54,168 nt of DNA, taken from the IMG/VR virus record IMGVR_UViG_3300012663_001011, positions 1 to 54,168 of that record. One strand, 5' to 3'. Of this stretch, positions 45,901-54,168 are shown piece by piece; position 1 is the stretch's first letter, and each line of letters starts with the position of its first letter. The position numbers were made by a program, and so were the translations under genes. Source of the stretch: a virus (taxonomy: Duplodnaviria > Caudoviricetes). The notes beneath the pieces were generated by a model, which was given only the letters and a program-made list of their open reading frames with translations, was not told the origin of the DNA and made no database searches.

Positions 45901-48900
45901 GAGATTACGGACACTTTGTTGATGCATTTAGCTATGACTTAAAACACGGCAGTTACGATAGAACAATATCAGCTGCATTAAAATATAGAGGTCCTGTTAC
46001 AGCGTATGGTGATCCGGCGGTCACTGTTACTAGTCAACTATTACAATCGTTGGCAGGACTAGAAAGATTCAAATACCTTGCTGAGAGAGTTGTTAAAAAT
46101 ATTGTCATTACAGACACGTTTACTACAACTACACAAATTGCAGATGCTGCATATCAAGCAGAATTAGGTTCTAATGCAATAGAAAAAACTATTACGCAGG
46201 TGTTTACTACGATTCCAGTTAGAGTGGTAACTTCTGCTAACCACGGATATGCTGACAAAGAACAAGTTACTATTTCAGATATTAGTCTAGGCACTACTGA
46301 ATTAAACGGAAATACGTACTATGCTAAAGTACATAACAACACAGCAATTGATCTGTACAGTGACTTTGAGCTAACTGTTCCAGTAGACGGAACTGGATTT
46401 ACCTCTTATGTAACTGGTTCTGGTGGTATAGTTACTCCGCAAGGAGGCGTATTAGGTATTTTAATTGATACAATGTCAGCAGTCCTTAGTGATTCTCCAG
46501 ACGTCAACTTACCAAAAGACAATGACGAGCTAGATATCTTCTTAATGAATGATGCTACTATTTTACGTGCATTGACTATGGCCGGCCACGGTGGCTTTGC
46601 TATGGTGCTTGATCCAAATGGACAAATTCTTGCTAAGTCTCCGTATGCTCAAGAGGGCGCGGTGTTTAGTAGAAGTACAGGTTATCAGAAATTTACAGGC
46701 GGTATGTTTGTTGACGGATTTTCAGGAAACTTACAATTCCAAATAGACAGTAAAATTACTGATACAAGATTGTTAGTATCTGGTCTTGTAAGACAACCTC
46801 TACTACCGTGTTCGTTTATTGTTGATGACACTGTTTATAGAATCAATTATCTAAGACAATTTATATTTGATATTAATGGGTCTACTGCGCAATTTGAACT
46901 TGACGAAACCACACCGTATACTAAAACGGTAGGAGAATTTAATTGCACTATCAGTATTGGCAGTAACGCAACTGTTACCCTTGTGGACCACGGATTACAA
47001 GCGCAGGCTAGTGTTAGGTTTACAACTACTGGAGCATTGCCAACTGGGATTACTGTTGGTCAAGATTACTTTGTATCAGCTGTTGGCAAAACACAAAATA
47101 CATTTAGGATTTCAGAAACACCATTTGGTCCGACCGTAACTACTAGCGGGTCACAAAGCGGCACACAAAGTGTAAGAAGAATCTACGAAGTGTTAATGCC
47201 CGGTAATCGAAGTATGTTATCAAATGACTTTACACAGGTCAATGATATGGGCTACGGGTTAATTGCCACTAACGGCGGATTAACTGAGTGCGTATCTATG
47301 TTTACGTACTACTGCCATATTTCTTATTATTCAATTGGTGGCGGACAGATTCGTTCTATAGGCGGCTCGAGCTCACACGGTAACTATGCGTTAGTTGCTG
47401 AAGGTAGCGATCCATTAGAAGTTCCAACTCCTGTTTCGTTGTATTACGATCTATCACAAGGTATATCTTGTTATGCTCCTAGTCCTTCATATTTTAATAT
47501 TGTTAAAGGTCTGTTAATATATGTAAACAATTATACATACGTGCCGCTAGACGGCTCGGAGTTAGAAATTGATCACGATGGCGAAATTGTTAGATACTCT
47601 ATTTCGTCAGTTTCTACTGCTGATTTACCAGCAGGTGTTGCACGTTTAAATATTTCATCTGCTGGTAATACTTCAGATGCTGCTGTTGGTCTGCAAGCAG
47701 TTGTAGCAGACGGTGAGTTAATGACCATTCGTGCTAACTCAAGTGTTGTTCTAACTGGTGATATTGTTGCTGTTGCAACTCGTCCGTCAACTGCGTTGGT
47801 ACTAAACGAATCTGCAAATGACATTTATCGTGTTTTGCAGTTTTCAGATTATTTTGATCCTGTTGGAACACAGGTGTGTACCATTGATGTTGCAGATCCA
47901 GTTTCTATTACAACAGGTTCTGATCACGGTCAAATGGCTGGATACAAAGTTAGATTCTCAACTACAGGAACCCTGCCAACCGGATTAACTACCACAGATG
48001 ACTATTGGATTGTTGAAGACGGGCTAACAGCTACTCAATTTAGAGTATCTTTAACTAGAGCAGGTATTCCAGTTGCAACAACTTCAGCTGGTAGTGGCAC
48101 CCACAGTTTTGATCCAAGGGGGCTTGGCGCAACATCATTAAGAGAAAACTATAACTATGTTGACTTAGCACTGTGGGCAACACAGGAATTCGTAGGAACT
48201 CCTGGAGCCTGTACAATTACTATTGCTAGCCCGGCTGTTATTACAAAAAACAGTCACGGGTTTAACAACGGCGATGTTATAAAATTCACAACTACAGGTT
48301 CATTGCCTACTGGTCTTATTGCTACTAGGATGTACTTTGTTGTTAACAAAACAGCAAATGATTTCCAAGTGTCAACTGATCTAGGCGGTACTCCTCAAGA
48401 TACATCCGGTAGCCAAAGCGGTACGCACACTGTTGGTCTAGTAGAGGGGCGTGTAGGAGATTCCACATTTGCTGTTGTACCTGTTGGTCCAAACGACAAG
48501 AGTCGCTTAAACGGCGTCAATATGAAGTTTGTATTTAAGGGGCAAGAGTATACTATTACACAATACGATGACGAAAGCACAACCTTACAACCTTATGCTA
48601 GAATTACACTAGACATTCCATTAGCTAATAGCGTAATTGCATATTCTAGTCTACCGAGTCTTAAGGCTGGTGTTCCAAAACGCTCAGAAAGTGCTAACGG
48701 TACATTGACTATTCGTATTTCGTTAACTCGTGTTACATCACACGATTTACTTGATATCGGTACTGGTTCGTATGCAGATACAAACTATCCAAACGAAATC
48801 TATGGCGGTTCTGTTAATCCTAGAGATGACTCTAAAGAAACCGAAGAACGTAACTCGGGTCGTGTGTTCTATGTCACTACAGACCAATTTGGTAACTTTA

Positions 48901-50666
48901 ACGTAGGTCCATACTTCCGTGTTGACCAAGGTACTGGTACTGTTACATTCTCCGCAGCGATTGCCCTAAGTAACTTAGATGGTATTGGTTTCAAACGTGG
49001 TGTTACTGTTGCTGAATTCTCAACAGACACTGCAATGAGTGATAACGCAACTGACTCGGTTCCTACAGAAAATGCTGTTAGAACATATATTGATCGACGT
49101 CTAGGAATTACACACGACGGAATTGACACGTTATCAACTCAAATCATTCCATTAAGTACAGGTGGGTTTTTACCATTAACTGGTCAGCTGTCTATGAAGG
49201 GGGATATAAATCTCCAAAACTCTGCAACACCTAGTATCTATCATAAGATTACAAACCTCGGTAATCCGGTATTAGCACGAGACGCTGTTAACTTACAGAG
49301 CTTAACTCTTGAGAATCTTCAAGATACTTCGTTAGGAAACATTGACGGCGGAGATCTGCTGGCGTTTACAGGAACCGGAAGCCAAACAGTTAATGCTAAG
49401 ATTACAGGTGACATTGAATTAAGTTCATTAGTCACAGGACCTGATTCAACCTTGAATCAGATTGATTTGCAGATCAAAGCAAACACGATTATCAATGCTG
49501 ATGTTAATTCATCAGCAGATATTAATCAAACTAAATTGTCATTAAACCTAGCTACAACAGCCAGTGCCGCTCCAACAGGAACAGCAGCAGCTAAACAAGC
49601 AGCTAGTGGTATTGCAAGTTTTGACACCACACAGTTTACAGTCACAGATGGTTTTGTTACCGTTAAAGATAATGGTGTTGCTTTAACTAGATTAGCTCAG
49701 TTGCCGTCGGACAATGCTATCGGTAACGGCACAGGTGCTACTGCAAATGCCGCTGCAACTCCGTTTAGCACAATAGTTAATCGAGGTGGCGGTGTTAAGA
49801 AAGAACAGTACAGTACAGGTACAGGCTATTTAAGAAGAACAGGTCTTTCATACACAGGTGACGGTGACTTTACTATTGTTGACGAATCAACTTCGAACAC
49901 TATTAACACACTGGTTAAACGTGATGGCAACGGAGACTTTGCTGCTCGAGTAGTTACTATTAGTCAATTGAAAGTTGACGATAAGTTAACTATCGATACT
50001 GAGACTACTGGTGTTGGTACTGGTCAGGGATATACAAAGTATTACGGTTACTTAGGTCAGGCAGGATTGCTGATAGGTGACGGCGGCACAAGTACTGATA
50101 AGAAAAACTTATATTACAATAACAGTCACGATTTCTATACAAACCCGGGCGGTGTTCTTTCACTGGCTCCGATTACTGCTGGTTCTATCACAGTAGGTAG
50201 TTTGATTGCTAACGGTGCAGGGTCGACTGGTACTGTGTCAGGTGTATGGACACTAAACAGTGGGGCAAGATTCCAAGCAACCTATTCCGCTGACTTAGCT
50301 GAATATTACGAAGGCGACAAGGAATACGAAGTCGGAACTGTGTTAATATTTGGCGGCGACAAGGAAGTAACTATTTCTAACACACATAGCGATTATCGTG
50401 TTGCTGGTGTTGTTAGTGATAATGCTGGATACATAATGAATGGCTCTTGTCCTGGACTTAAAAACCTAATAGCATTACAAGGTCGTGTACCCTGTCGTGT
50501 TGTTGGTAGAATATCAAAAGGAGATTTGATGGTAACATCTAATATTGCTGGTGTTGCAATTTCTGCAAAAGGATCAGCACAAACAGGAACCGTTATTGGC
50601 AAGGCACTTGAAGATTACGGATCAGATCACATTGGCACAATCGAAGTTGCTGTAGGGAGAGCATAA
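42996..50666 (+). CDS. Giant virion structural/tail protein, 2556 aa
   Basis: T4 gp9/gp10-like N-terminus (GNDGTGDSIRDSFRKVNDNFRELY); three TTGxLPTG repeats; three (C/W)xRDxG(Y/H) repeats; C-terminal ADLAEYY...ALQGRVPC...VIGKALE (peptidase G2/intramolecular-chaperone-like). Confidence 0.85.
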   Translation: MARKIIDVGIVGNDGTGDSIRDSFRKVNDNFRELYSSLGLGERLTFTGLDETPDSFVGQENAIVAVNPTETGLVFKRLIAGTGIQFDYTNPNELGISTLFSEISADPSPQLGGNLSARYGGRSWIIRDLYEDDGITPQIPTLSHQAVNKQYADSKIALAGVNAIDPATGFENSALGTMTGPLVLSRDPQPSDDIVFDGLVAATKRYVDNAAFGSAANLYVASSGADARVGVSDELQGRALAYAYRSIEAALRRAEELVKESRLEIGPYRKVLTYNDGQSQCTLSGISTAPASGGGFDGDVFMSIDTISIKLPGTNYRPGDRLTLQGGVGEPAVYEILSTASTPGALVTFKQISAGKYSELPDDITNVGTDDDSAFGSGATFSVTFNVNSVVINTPGTGYSLVSVRFTGGGGTGAFGSATVVDSGIDTITITDRGTGFTSVPVCVVDLPRFAIYTNGLRTDFTGNVLSSSITAIRSRDIREGLYLYGESSGALAQILAHDGSLDGDDELFDVDVIYGAFQEGEVISYGDITNTSQIVVWIEAGTYYENLPLKVPQNVSIRGDEFRRVIVRPLSGYPSSSPWSFLNFRRDLTVDGLTTADRLFGYHYLTDTSKPVYPIINNPGFYSSASTLLRLNKAFIQNEMIGWINDQISNRIYPFNTSYFFDEELCRRDSGYLVDAAYYDVAFGSNFWAVQNGLAYQRLQSSVVLTEQLEQELAAINYIKGQVAIAMSGNATAVSRAFDVYTEITDIIENGIANADVIVWTDPGTDVNTTRARQQLINNKEFIISEMVDWLDANWTSVWTSLDSLNKAKWQRDMGYAIDALAYDSQYGGNIATRNICRSLFSAITGEAMHPLSQKAATAATYTNIGVIAAQIVRGSYVGQDNTAGDAGVLRATAMGTLTGYVSAVVTAGNLSGLVSESVPSISWIDAPLQASVNAVSAAKSSIVNGTITFLADTYSVPFTYNETLCKRDYGHFVDAFSYDLKHGSYDRTISAALKYRGPVTAYGDPAVTVTSQLLQSLAGLERFKYLAERVVKNIVITDTFTTTTQIADAAYQAELGSNAIEKTITQVFTTIPVRVVTSANHGYADKEQVTISDISLGTTELNGNTYYAKVHNNTAIDLYSDFELTVPVDGTGFTSYVTGSGGIVTPQGGVLGILIDTMSAVLSDSPDVNLPKDNDELDIFLMNDATILRALTMAGHGGFAMVLDPNGQILAKSPYAQEGAVFSRSTGYQKFTGGMFVDGFSGNLQFQIDSKITDTRLLVSGLVRQPLLPCSFIVDDTVYRINYLRQFIFDINGSTAQFELDETTPYTKTVGEFNCTISIGSNATVTLVDHGLQAQASVRFTTTGALPTGITVGQDYFVSAVGKTQNTFRISETPFGPTVTTSGSQSGTQSVRRIYEVLMPGNRSMLSNDFTQVNDMGYGLIATNGGLTECVSMFTYYCHISYYSIGGGQIRSIGGSSSHGNYALVAEGSDPLEVPTPVSLYYDLSQGISCYAPSPSYFNIVKGLLIYVNNYTYVPLDGSELEIDHDGEIVRYSISSVSTADLPAGVARLNISSAGNTSDAAVGLQAVVADGELMTIRANSSVVLTGDIVAVATRPSTALVLNESANDIYRVLQFSDYFDPVGTQVCTIDVADPVSITTGSDHGQMAGYKVRFSTTGTLPTGLTTTDDYWIVEDGLTATQFRVSLTRAGIPVATTSAGSGTHSFDPRGLGATSLRENYNYVDLALWATQEFVGTPGACTITIASPAVITKNSHGFNNGDVIKFTTTGSLPTGLIATRMYFVVNKTANDFQVSTDLGGTPQDTSGSQSGTHTVGLVEGRVGDSTFAVVPVGPNDKSRLNGVNMKFVFKGQEYTITQYDDESTTLQPYARITLDIPLANSVIAYSSLPSLKAGVPKRSESANGTLTIRISLTRVTSHDLLDIGTGSYADTNYPNEIYGGSVNPRDDSKETEERNSGRVFYVTTDQFGNFNVGPYFRVDQGTGTVTFSAAIALSNLDGIGFKRGVTVAEFSTDTAMSDNATDSVPTENAVRTYIDRRLGITHDGIDTLSTQIIPLSTGGFLPLTGQLSMKGDINLQNSATPSIYHKITNLGNPVLARDAVNLQSLTLENLQDTSLGNIDGGDLLAFTGTGSQTVNAKITGDIELSSLVTGPDSTLNQIDLQIKANTIINADVNSSADINQTKLSLNLATTASAAPTGTAAAKQAASGIASFDTTQFTVTDGFVTVKDNGVALTRLAQLPSDNAIGNGTGATANAAATPFSTIVNRGGGVKKEQYSTGTGYLRRTGLSYTGDGDFTIVDESTSNTINTLVKRDGNGDFAARVVTISQLKVDDKLTIDTETTGVGTGQGYTKYYGYLGQAGLLIGDGGTSTDKKNLYYNNSHDFYTNPGGVLSLAPITAGSITVGSLIANGAGSTGTVSGVWTLNSGARFQATYSADLAEYYEGDKEYEVGTVLIFGGDKEVTISNTHSDYRVAGVVSDNAGYIMNGSCPGLKNLIALQGRVPCRVVGRISKGDLMVTSNIAGVAISAKGSAQTGTVIGKALEDYGSDHIGTIEVAVGRA

Positions 50667-52690
50667 TGGCTAAGAATACAATTAACCCAGGTTCTCCTCC
50701 ATTAGTATGGAGTAGTATTGATCAAGCATTTGAAAAAATCAATAACAACTTTACTGAATTATATCTTACTATCGAAGGTGATGGCGGCACCCCAGTTGAC
50801 TTAGAAAACCTAGCAAGCAATATTACACCAGACTCATCTGGTGTAAGAGATCTCGGAAGTCCTAGTAGACGCTGGAGAGATTTGTATCTAAGTGGTAGCA
50901 CTGTTAATCTAGGCGGTGCAGTTATTAGTAGTCCAGATGGGAGCATTGTTGCATTACCAGCAGGGTCAACAGTTGGCGGCCAACTAATTAGAAATCCGTT
51001 AGAAAGCAGTTTTAAAACAATTGCAGTAGGTGGGCAAGACAACGTAGTTGCAAACGATTTTACAGGAACAGTAAACTTTGCAGGAACAGGCATTAATATT
51101 ACAACTAATGCAACATCCGATACAGTAACGTTTGTTAATGCTGGTGTTACACAACTTGCAGGAACTACAGGACAGATTGGTGTTAGTGCAGGTACAGGAT
51201 CTATTACACTAACCAACTTGGGTGTTACTAAATTAAATGGTACTCCCGGTGAAGTTGGAGTAAGCGGTAATACTGGAGAAATTACTTTAACTAACTTAGG
51301 TGCTACTAAGGTGTTTGCCAGTACAGGTATAACTGTTTCAGGTACGGGTGGTAGCTCAGGAAGCGGGTGGACTGGAGCTATCACTATTGCCAACAGTTTA
51401 CCAGATTCGCCTAGCTGGAGAAACTTTGACGTTACAACAGCAGCTGGCATATTAGCAGCTCGAGTTGAAGCTGACCAAATTGGCGACACGGTTAGATTTA
51501 TTTCAGGTCGTGGTATTTCAATTACCACAGACGCAGTAGTTGACTCAATTACATTTAACGTATTGAAGAGTTTAGATATTAACGGTAGCGTGTTTGGAGA
51601 TGATTCAAGTTTAATTGTTGATGCAACTAGCGGAAAGATTTATGGTACGTTCTACGGTGACGTAGTTGGTGCTAGTGTAAGTGCTACAACACTTCGAACA
51701 GATGCAACAAAGATAGCATTAGGTAACGGTGCAGGCGGAACATTGCAAGGTATACAAGCTGTTGCTATTGGTGCTGGTGCTGGTGGGAGCTCGCAGGGGC
51801 AAACTGCTGTTGCTATTGGTGTTGGTGCTGGCGGGACTTCGCAGGGGCAAAACGCTGTTGCTATTGGAAATAACGCTGGCATTTCTTCGCAAGGACAAAC
51901 TGCTATTGCTATTGGGTATTCAGCTGGTTCAACTAATCAAGCTGCTCGGACAATTATATTAAATGCCACTGGAAGTGTAGTTGATGGTGTTGCACTGCAA
52001 ACTGATAGTTTCTATGTAGCCCCAATTAGAAATGCTACAGGTACTAGCGGTATAGTTCAATACGATGCTACAACCAAAGAAGTTTCTTACAGTTCTGCAT
52101 TAGGATCAGTAAGCGGAACATTTACTGGTAACATTTTTACAACATTAATTGACAGTGCTGATAGTTCTGCAATAACAGTAACTCCTAAAACAATTTTTAG
52201 CAGCGATATACAAGCAGAAAACGATCTTACTGTGTCTAATGGTATTACATTTAGCGATGGCAGTGTACTAAAGAGTTATAGTCCTGTTACTATGCTGGCT
52301 GCTACAACTACTGCTCAGACAATTCCAAACGCAGCAAGTGCTAGTCCAATACAGTTTGTCGATACTGTTGATACAGCTAATGCTTACTCCGGCGGTGTAT
52401 TTACTGCACCGTATACTGGATATTACCAATGGAACATATCAATATATTTCTCAACTACTGTAACACTAAATTCTGGAAGTTTTTTCCAAATTGGTAACCT
52501 TACTGATTCTTCTAAGACAGTTATTGCTATGGCAGATAGTTGGACCGGCAGCTACTTCCACTATTCAACTGTAGTAGAAGCAACTGCTGGTGATACTATT
52601 GCATTTGTTATACGGCAGGTTAGCGGAGCAACAATTGATGTGTCAAGTGGCAGTCGACTAACTATACACCGCGTGAGCATAGGAGAGTAA
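50666..52690 (+). CDS. Tail fibre/adhesin with YadA-like repeats and C1q-like C-terminus
   Basis: AFEKINNNFTELY N-terminus; AVAIG repeats; GVFTAPYTGYYQW. Confidence 0.78.
   Translation: MAKNTINPGSPPLVWSSIDQAFEKINNNFTELYLTIEGDGGTPVDLENLASNITPDSSGVRDLGSPSRRWRDLYLSGSTVNLGGAVISSPDGSIVALPAGSTVGGQLIRNPLESSFKTIAVGGQDNVVANDFTGTVNFAGTGINITTNATSDTVTFVNAGVTQLAGTTGQIGVSAGTGSITLTNLGVTKLNGTPGEVGVSGNTGEITLTNLGATKVFASTGITVSGTGGSSGSGWTGAITIANSLPDSPSWRNFDVTTAAGILAARVEADQIGDTVRFISGRGISITTDAVVDSITFNVLKSLDINGSVFGDDSSLIVDATSGKIYGTFYGDVVGASVSATTLRTDATKIALGNGAGGTLQGIQAVAIGAGAGGSSQGQTAVAIGVGAGGTSQGQNAVAIGNNAGISSQGQTAIAIGYSAGSTNQAARTIILNATGSVVDGVALQTDSFYVAPIRNATGTSGIVQYDATTKEVSYSSALGSVSGTFTGNIFTTLIDSADSSAITVTPKTIFSSDIQAENDLTVSNGITFSDGSVLKSYSPVTMLAATTTAQTIPNAASASPIQFVDTVDTANAYSGGVFTAPYTGYYQWNISIYFSTTVTLNSGSFFQIGNLTDSSKTVIAMADSWTGSYFHYSTVVEATAGDTIAFVIRQVSGATIDVSSGSRLTIHRVSIGE
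51737..51928 (+). repeat. 4 x 48-nt tandem repeat (16-aa QGQxAVAIGxxAG)
   Basis: GCT(G/A)TTGCTATTGG recurs at 51758, 51806, 51854, 51902. Confidence 0.85.
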
Positions 52691-52691
52691 G

Positions 52692-53489
52692 ATGGCCAAG
52701 CAAAATATTAACATAGGCACAACGGCAAACGACAAGCAAGGCGATAGCCTACGAGCTGCCTTCCAAAAAGTCAACGCAAACTTCACAGAACTGTATACTG
52801 CATTAGGATTAGATGTTGCCCCTTTAAATCTAGGGGCATTTGAGTTCACGGGCAGTACACTAAGTACCACAGACAGCACAGCTATTGTGATTGATCAAGC
52901 TACTACCGTTACCAGCAATTTGACATTGGGTGGTGATCTAACATTTCCCAACAACACAGTTCAGACCACAGCCTGGACTGGCAGTGTAGCTTATTCAAGC
53001 GTAACAGGAACCCCAACAATACCAGCCGCACAGATACAAACAGATTGGAACGCAGTTAGTGGACTAGGTGTTGTGCTCAACAAGCCCACTATACCAACCA
53101 GCTTCAGTAGTTTGGTCAACAGTGGCAAAACACTTAGCCTCGACACCGATGGTGAACTAGCATTACCAACTAACTCATATACCGAAGCAGTTATTAAAGA
53201 ACTTGATGCTACAGCATTGGTATTGTTTGCGCAAAAAGCCAATGCAAATATTAAATTGCTAGCAGGAGCCACATCTGCAGGAAGTGCAAAACAATGGTTG
53301 TTTGATGGGACTGCTGGTAGGACTATGTTCCCTAATGGAACTGTGCCAGAACACAGTTACGGTGCTGCTGGGGACAAGGAAGGAATGGTAGTATTTTCTG
53401 ACCCTTACATTTACTACTGTAAAACAGACTATGTTAATAATACCACTGACATCTGGGTCCGTGTAGCGTGGACTGGCACTAGCTGGTAA
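52692..53489 (+). CDS. Short fibre-like virion protein
   Basis: gp9/gp10-like N-terminus (ANDKQGDSLRAAFQKVNANFTELY); C-terminal YIYYC...WVRVAW module. Confidence 0.78.
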   Translation: MAKQNINIGTTANDKQGDSLRAAFQKVNANFTELYTALGLDVAPLNLGAFEFTGSTLSTTDSTAIVIDQATTVTSNLTLGGDLTFPNNTVQTTAWTGSVAYSSVTGTPTIPAAQIQTDWNAVSGLGVVLNKPTIPTSFSSLVNSGKTLSLDTDGELALPTNSYTEAVIKELDATALVLFAQKANANIKLLAGATSAGSAKQWLFDGTAGRTMFPNGTVPEHSYGAAGDKEGMVVFSDPYIYYCKTDYVNNTTDIWVRVAWTGTSW

Positions 53490-53500
53490 GAGGAAATATT

Positions 53501-53680
53501 GTGACTGTTAAGAAATTAGAACTCAACGACCTTCATCCTGCCAATCCCCTAGTTGAAGTTATTAATACCATCAATGAAAACTTTGAGAATCCTATGACAT
53601 TTAAGAAATTAGAACTGTACGACTTGCATCCTGCTAATCCCTTAGTTGAAGTTATTAATACTGTTAATGAAAACTTTGAT
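53501..53680 (+). repeat. 93-nt direct tandem duplication
   Basis: KKLELNDLHPANPLVEVINTINENF and KKLELYDLHPANPLVEVINTVNENF at 93-nt spacing. Confidence 0.9.
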
Positions 53681-54168
53681 ACGCTACACGATTCGTTACA
53701 AAATGCGGATAACACTGGCAATACTGACGCAGTTGTAAACAATGAAACTGTGTTAGACTATTACGAAACACTAGAACCTAATGATAGAAAAACATTAATT
53801 GACGAATTAAGAGCAGAAGAAATAGCTGTCTTAGCACGTGAACGAGCAGAACGTAAGGCACGTAGCATTGCGTTAGGTGTTCACACTGGCAAGACTATAG
53901 AAGAATATAGCACCAGTGCTTGGCAAATCAAACAAGACTATCCAGATAGTGAAGATGGTGTATACTGGATACAGAATGATGATATCAACAATGGTGATCC
54001 GTTTCAAGTATATTGTGATATGACTACGCTAGGCGGCGGCTGGACATTAGTTGTACAAAATTCTATCAGTAACTGGACAGAAGAACAAGTGTTTAGTCGC
54101 AACGCTACCACTTGCCCTACTCAACTGGCCGCATACAACAATCGTTCAGTTGAACAAAACTACAGCAT
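53501..54168 (+). CDS. Fibrinogen C-terminal-like domain protein (partial, runs off window)
   Basis: GTG start with AGAGGA SD; open to the window end; DGVYWI...PFQVYCDMTTLGGGWTLV. Confidence 0.8.
   Translation, partial: MTVKKLELNDLHPANPLVEVINTINENFENPMTFKKLELYDLHPANPLVEVINTVNENFDTLHDSLQNADNTGNTDAVVNNETVLDYYETLEPNDRKTLIDELRAEEIAVLARERAERKARSIALGVHTGKTIEEYSTSAWQIKQDYPDSEDGVYWIQNDDINNGDPFQVYCDMTTLGGGWTLVVQNSISNWTEEQVFSRNATTCPTQLAAYNNRSVEQNYS

Noticed and set aside
51737-53680. CRISPR array
   Set aside because: The repeats are in-frame coding repeats (48 and 93 nt) without unique spacers; no cas genes.
4763-53742. Antisense/shadow ORFs (e.g. 4763-5200, 25532-25831, 35373-35870, 36736-37179, 40843-41202, 50722-51528, 53533-53742)
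   Set aside because: They lie opposite well-supported genes, show no motifs or initiation signals, and reflect codon bias of the real strand.
1-54168. Alternative genetic code (stop-codon reassignment), as in some large phages
   Set aside because: Standard code gives dense, full-length genes; TAG (4578, 19852, 31510) and TGA (many ATGA overlaps) act as stops.
1-54168. Bacterial chromosome or integrated prophage/mobile element
   Set aside because: No integrase, transposase, att sites or core bacterial operons; kdsA, kdsB, thyX and queD are embedded among phage-type genes and promoters.

Overview
This 54-kb window is part of a large (jumbo/huge-type), AT-rich tailed phage genome, probably infecting a Gram-negative host. 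Evidence: dense short genes, two phage-type tRNAs, thyX, uvsE, queD, kdsA/kdsB, a TraR/DksA factor, an Hc1-like protein, near-consensus sigma70 promoters plus a T4-late-like TAAATA promoter class, and several tail/baseplate-like proteins including a 2556-aa giant. The most striking element is a ~22.6-kb island (6193-28837) made almost entirely of tailoring enzymes: 6 radical SAM proteins, 10 Fe(II)/2OG-type oxygenases, 2 methyltransferases, an SGNH-like protein, a truncated adenylation enzyme, a mini-kinase, a CX5R phosphatase, 3 beta-propeller-like proteins and an unannotated 30-aa peptide. Its operons are all headed by late-type promoters. Other notable signals: a 111-nt oversized tRNA-like RNA with its own promoter, a preQ1-I-like hairpin in the queD leader, apparent absence of CATG, a Kdo-synthesis plus glycosyltransferase set next to virion genes, and phycobiliprotein-like CxRD repeats in the giant structural protein. 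All calls come from motif reading by eye; no database searches were run.
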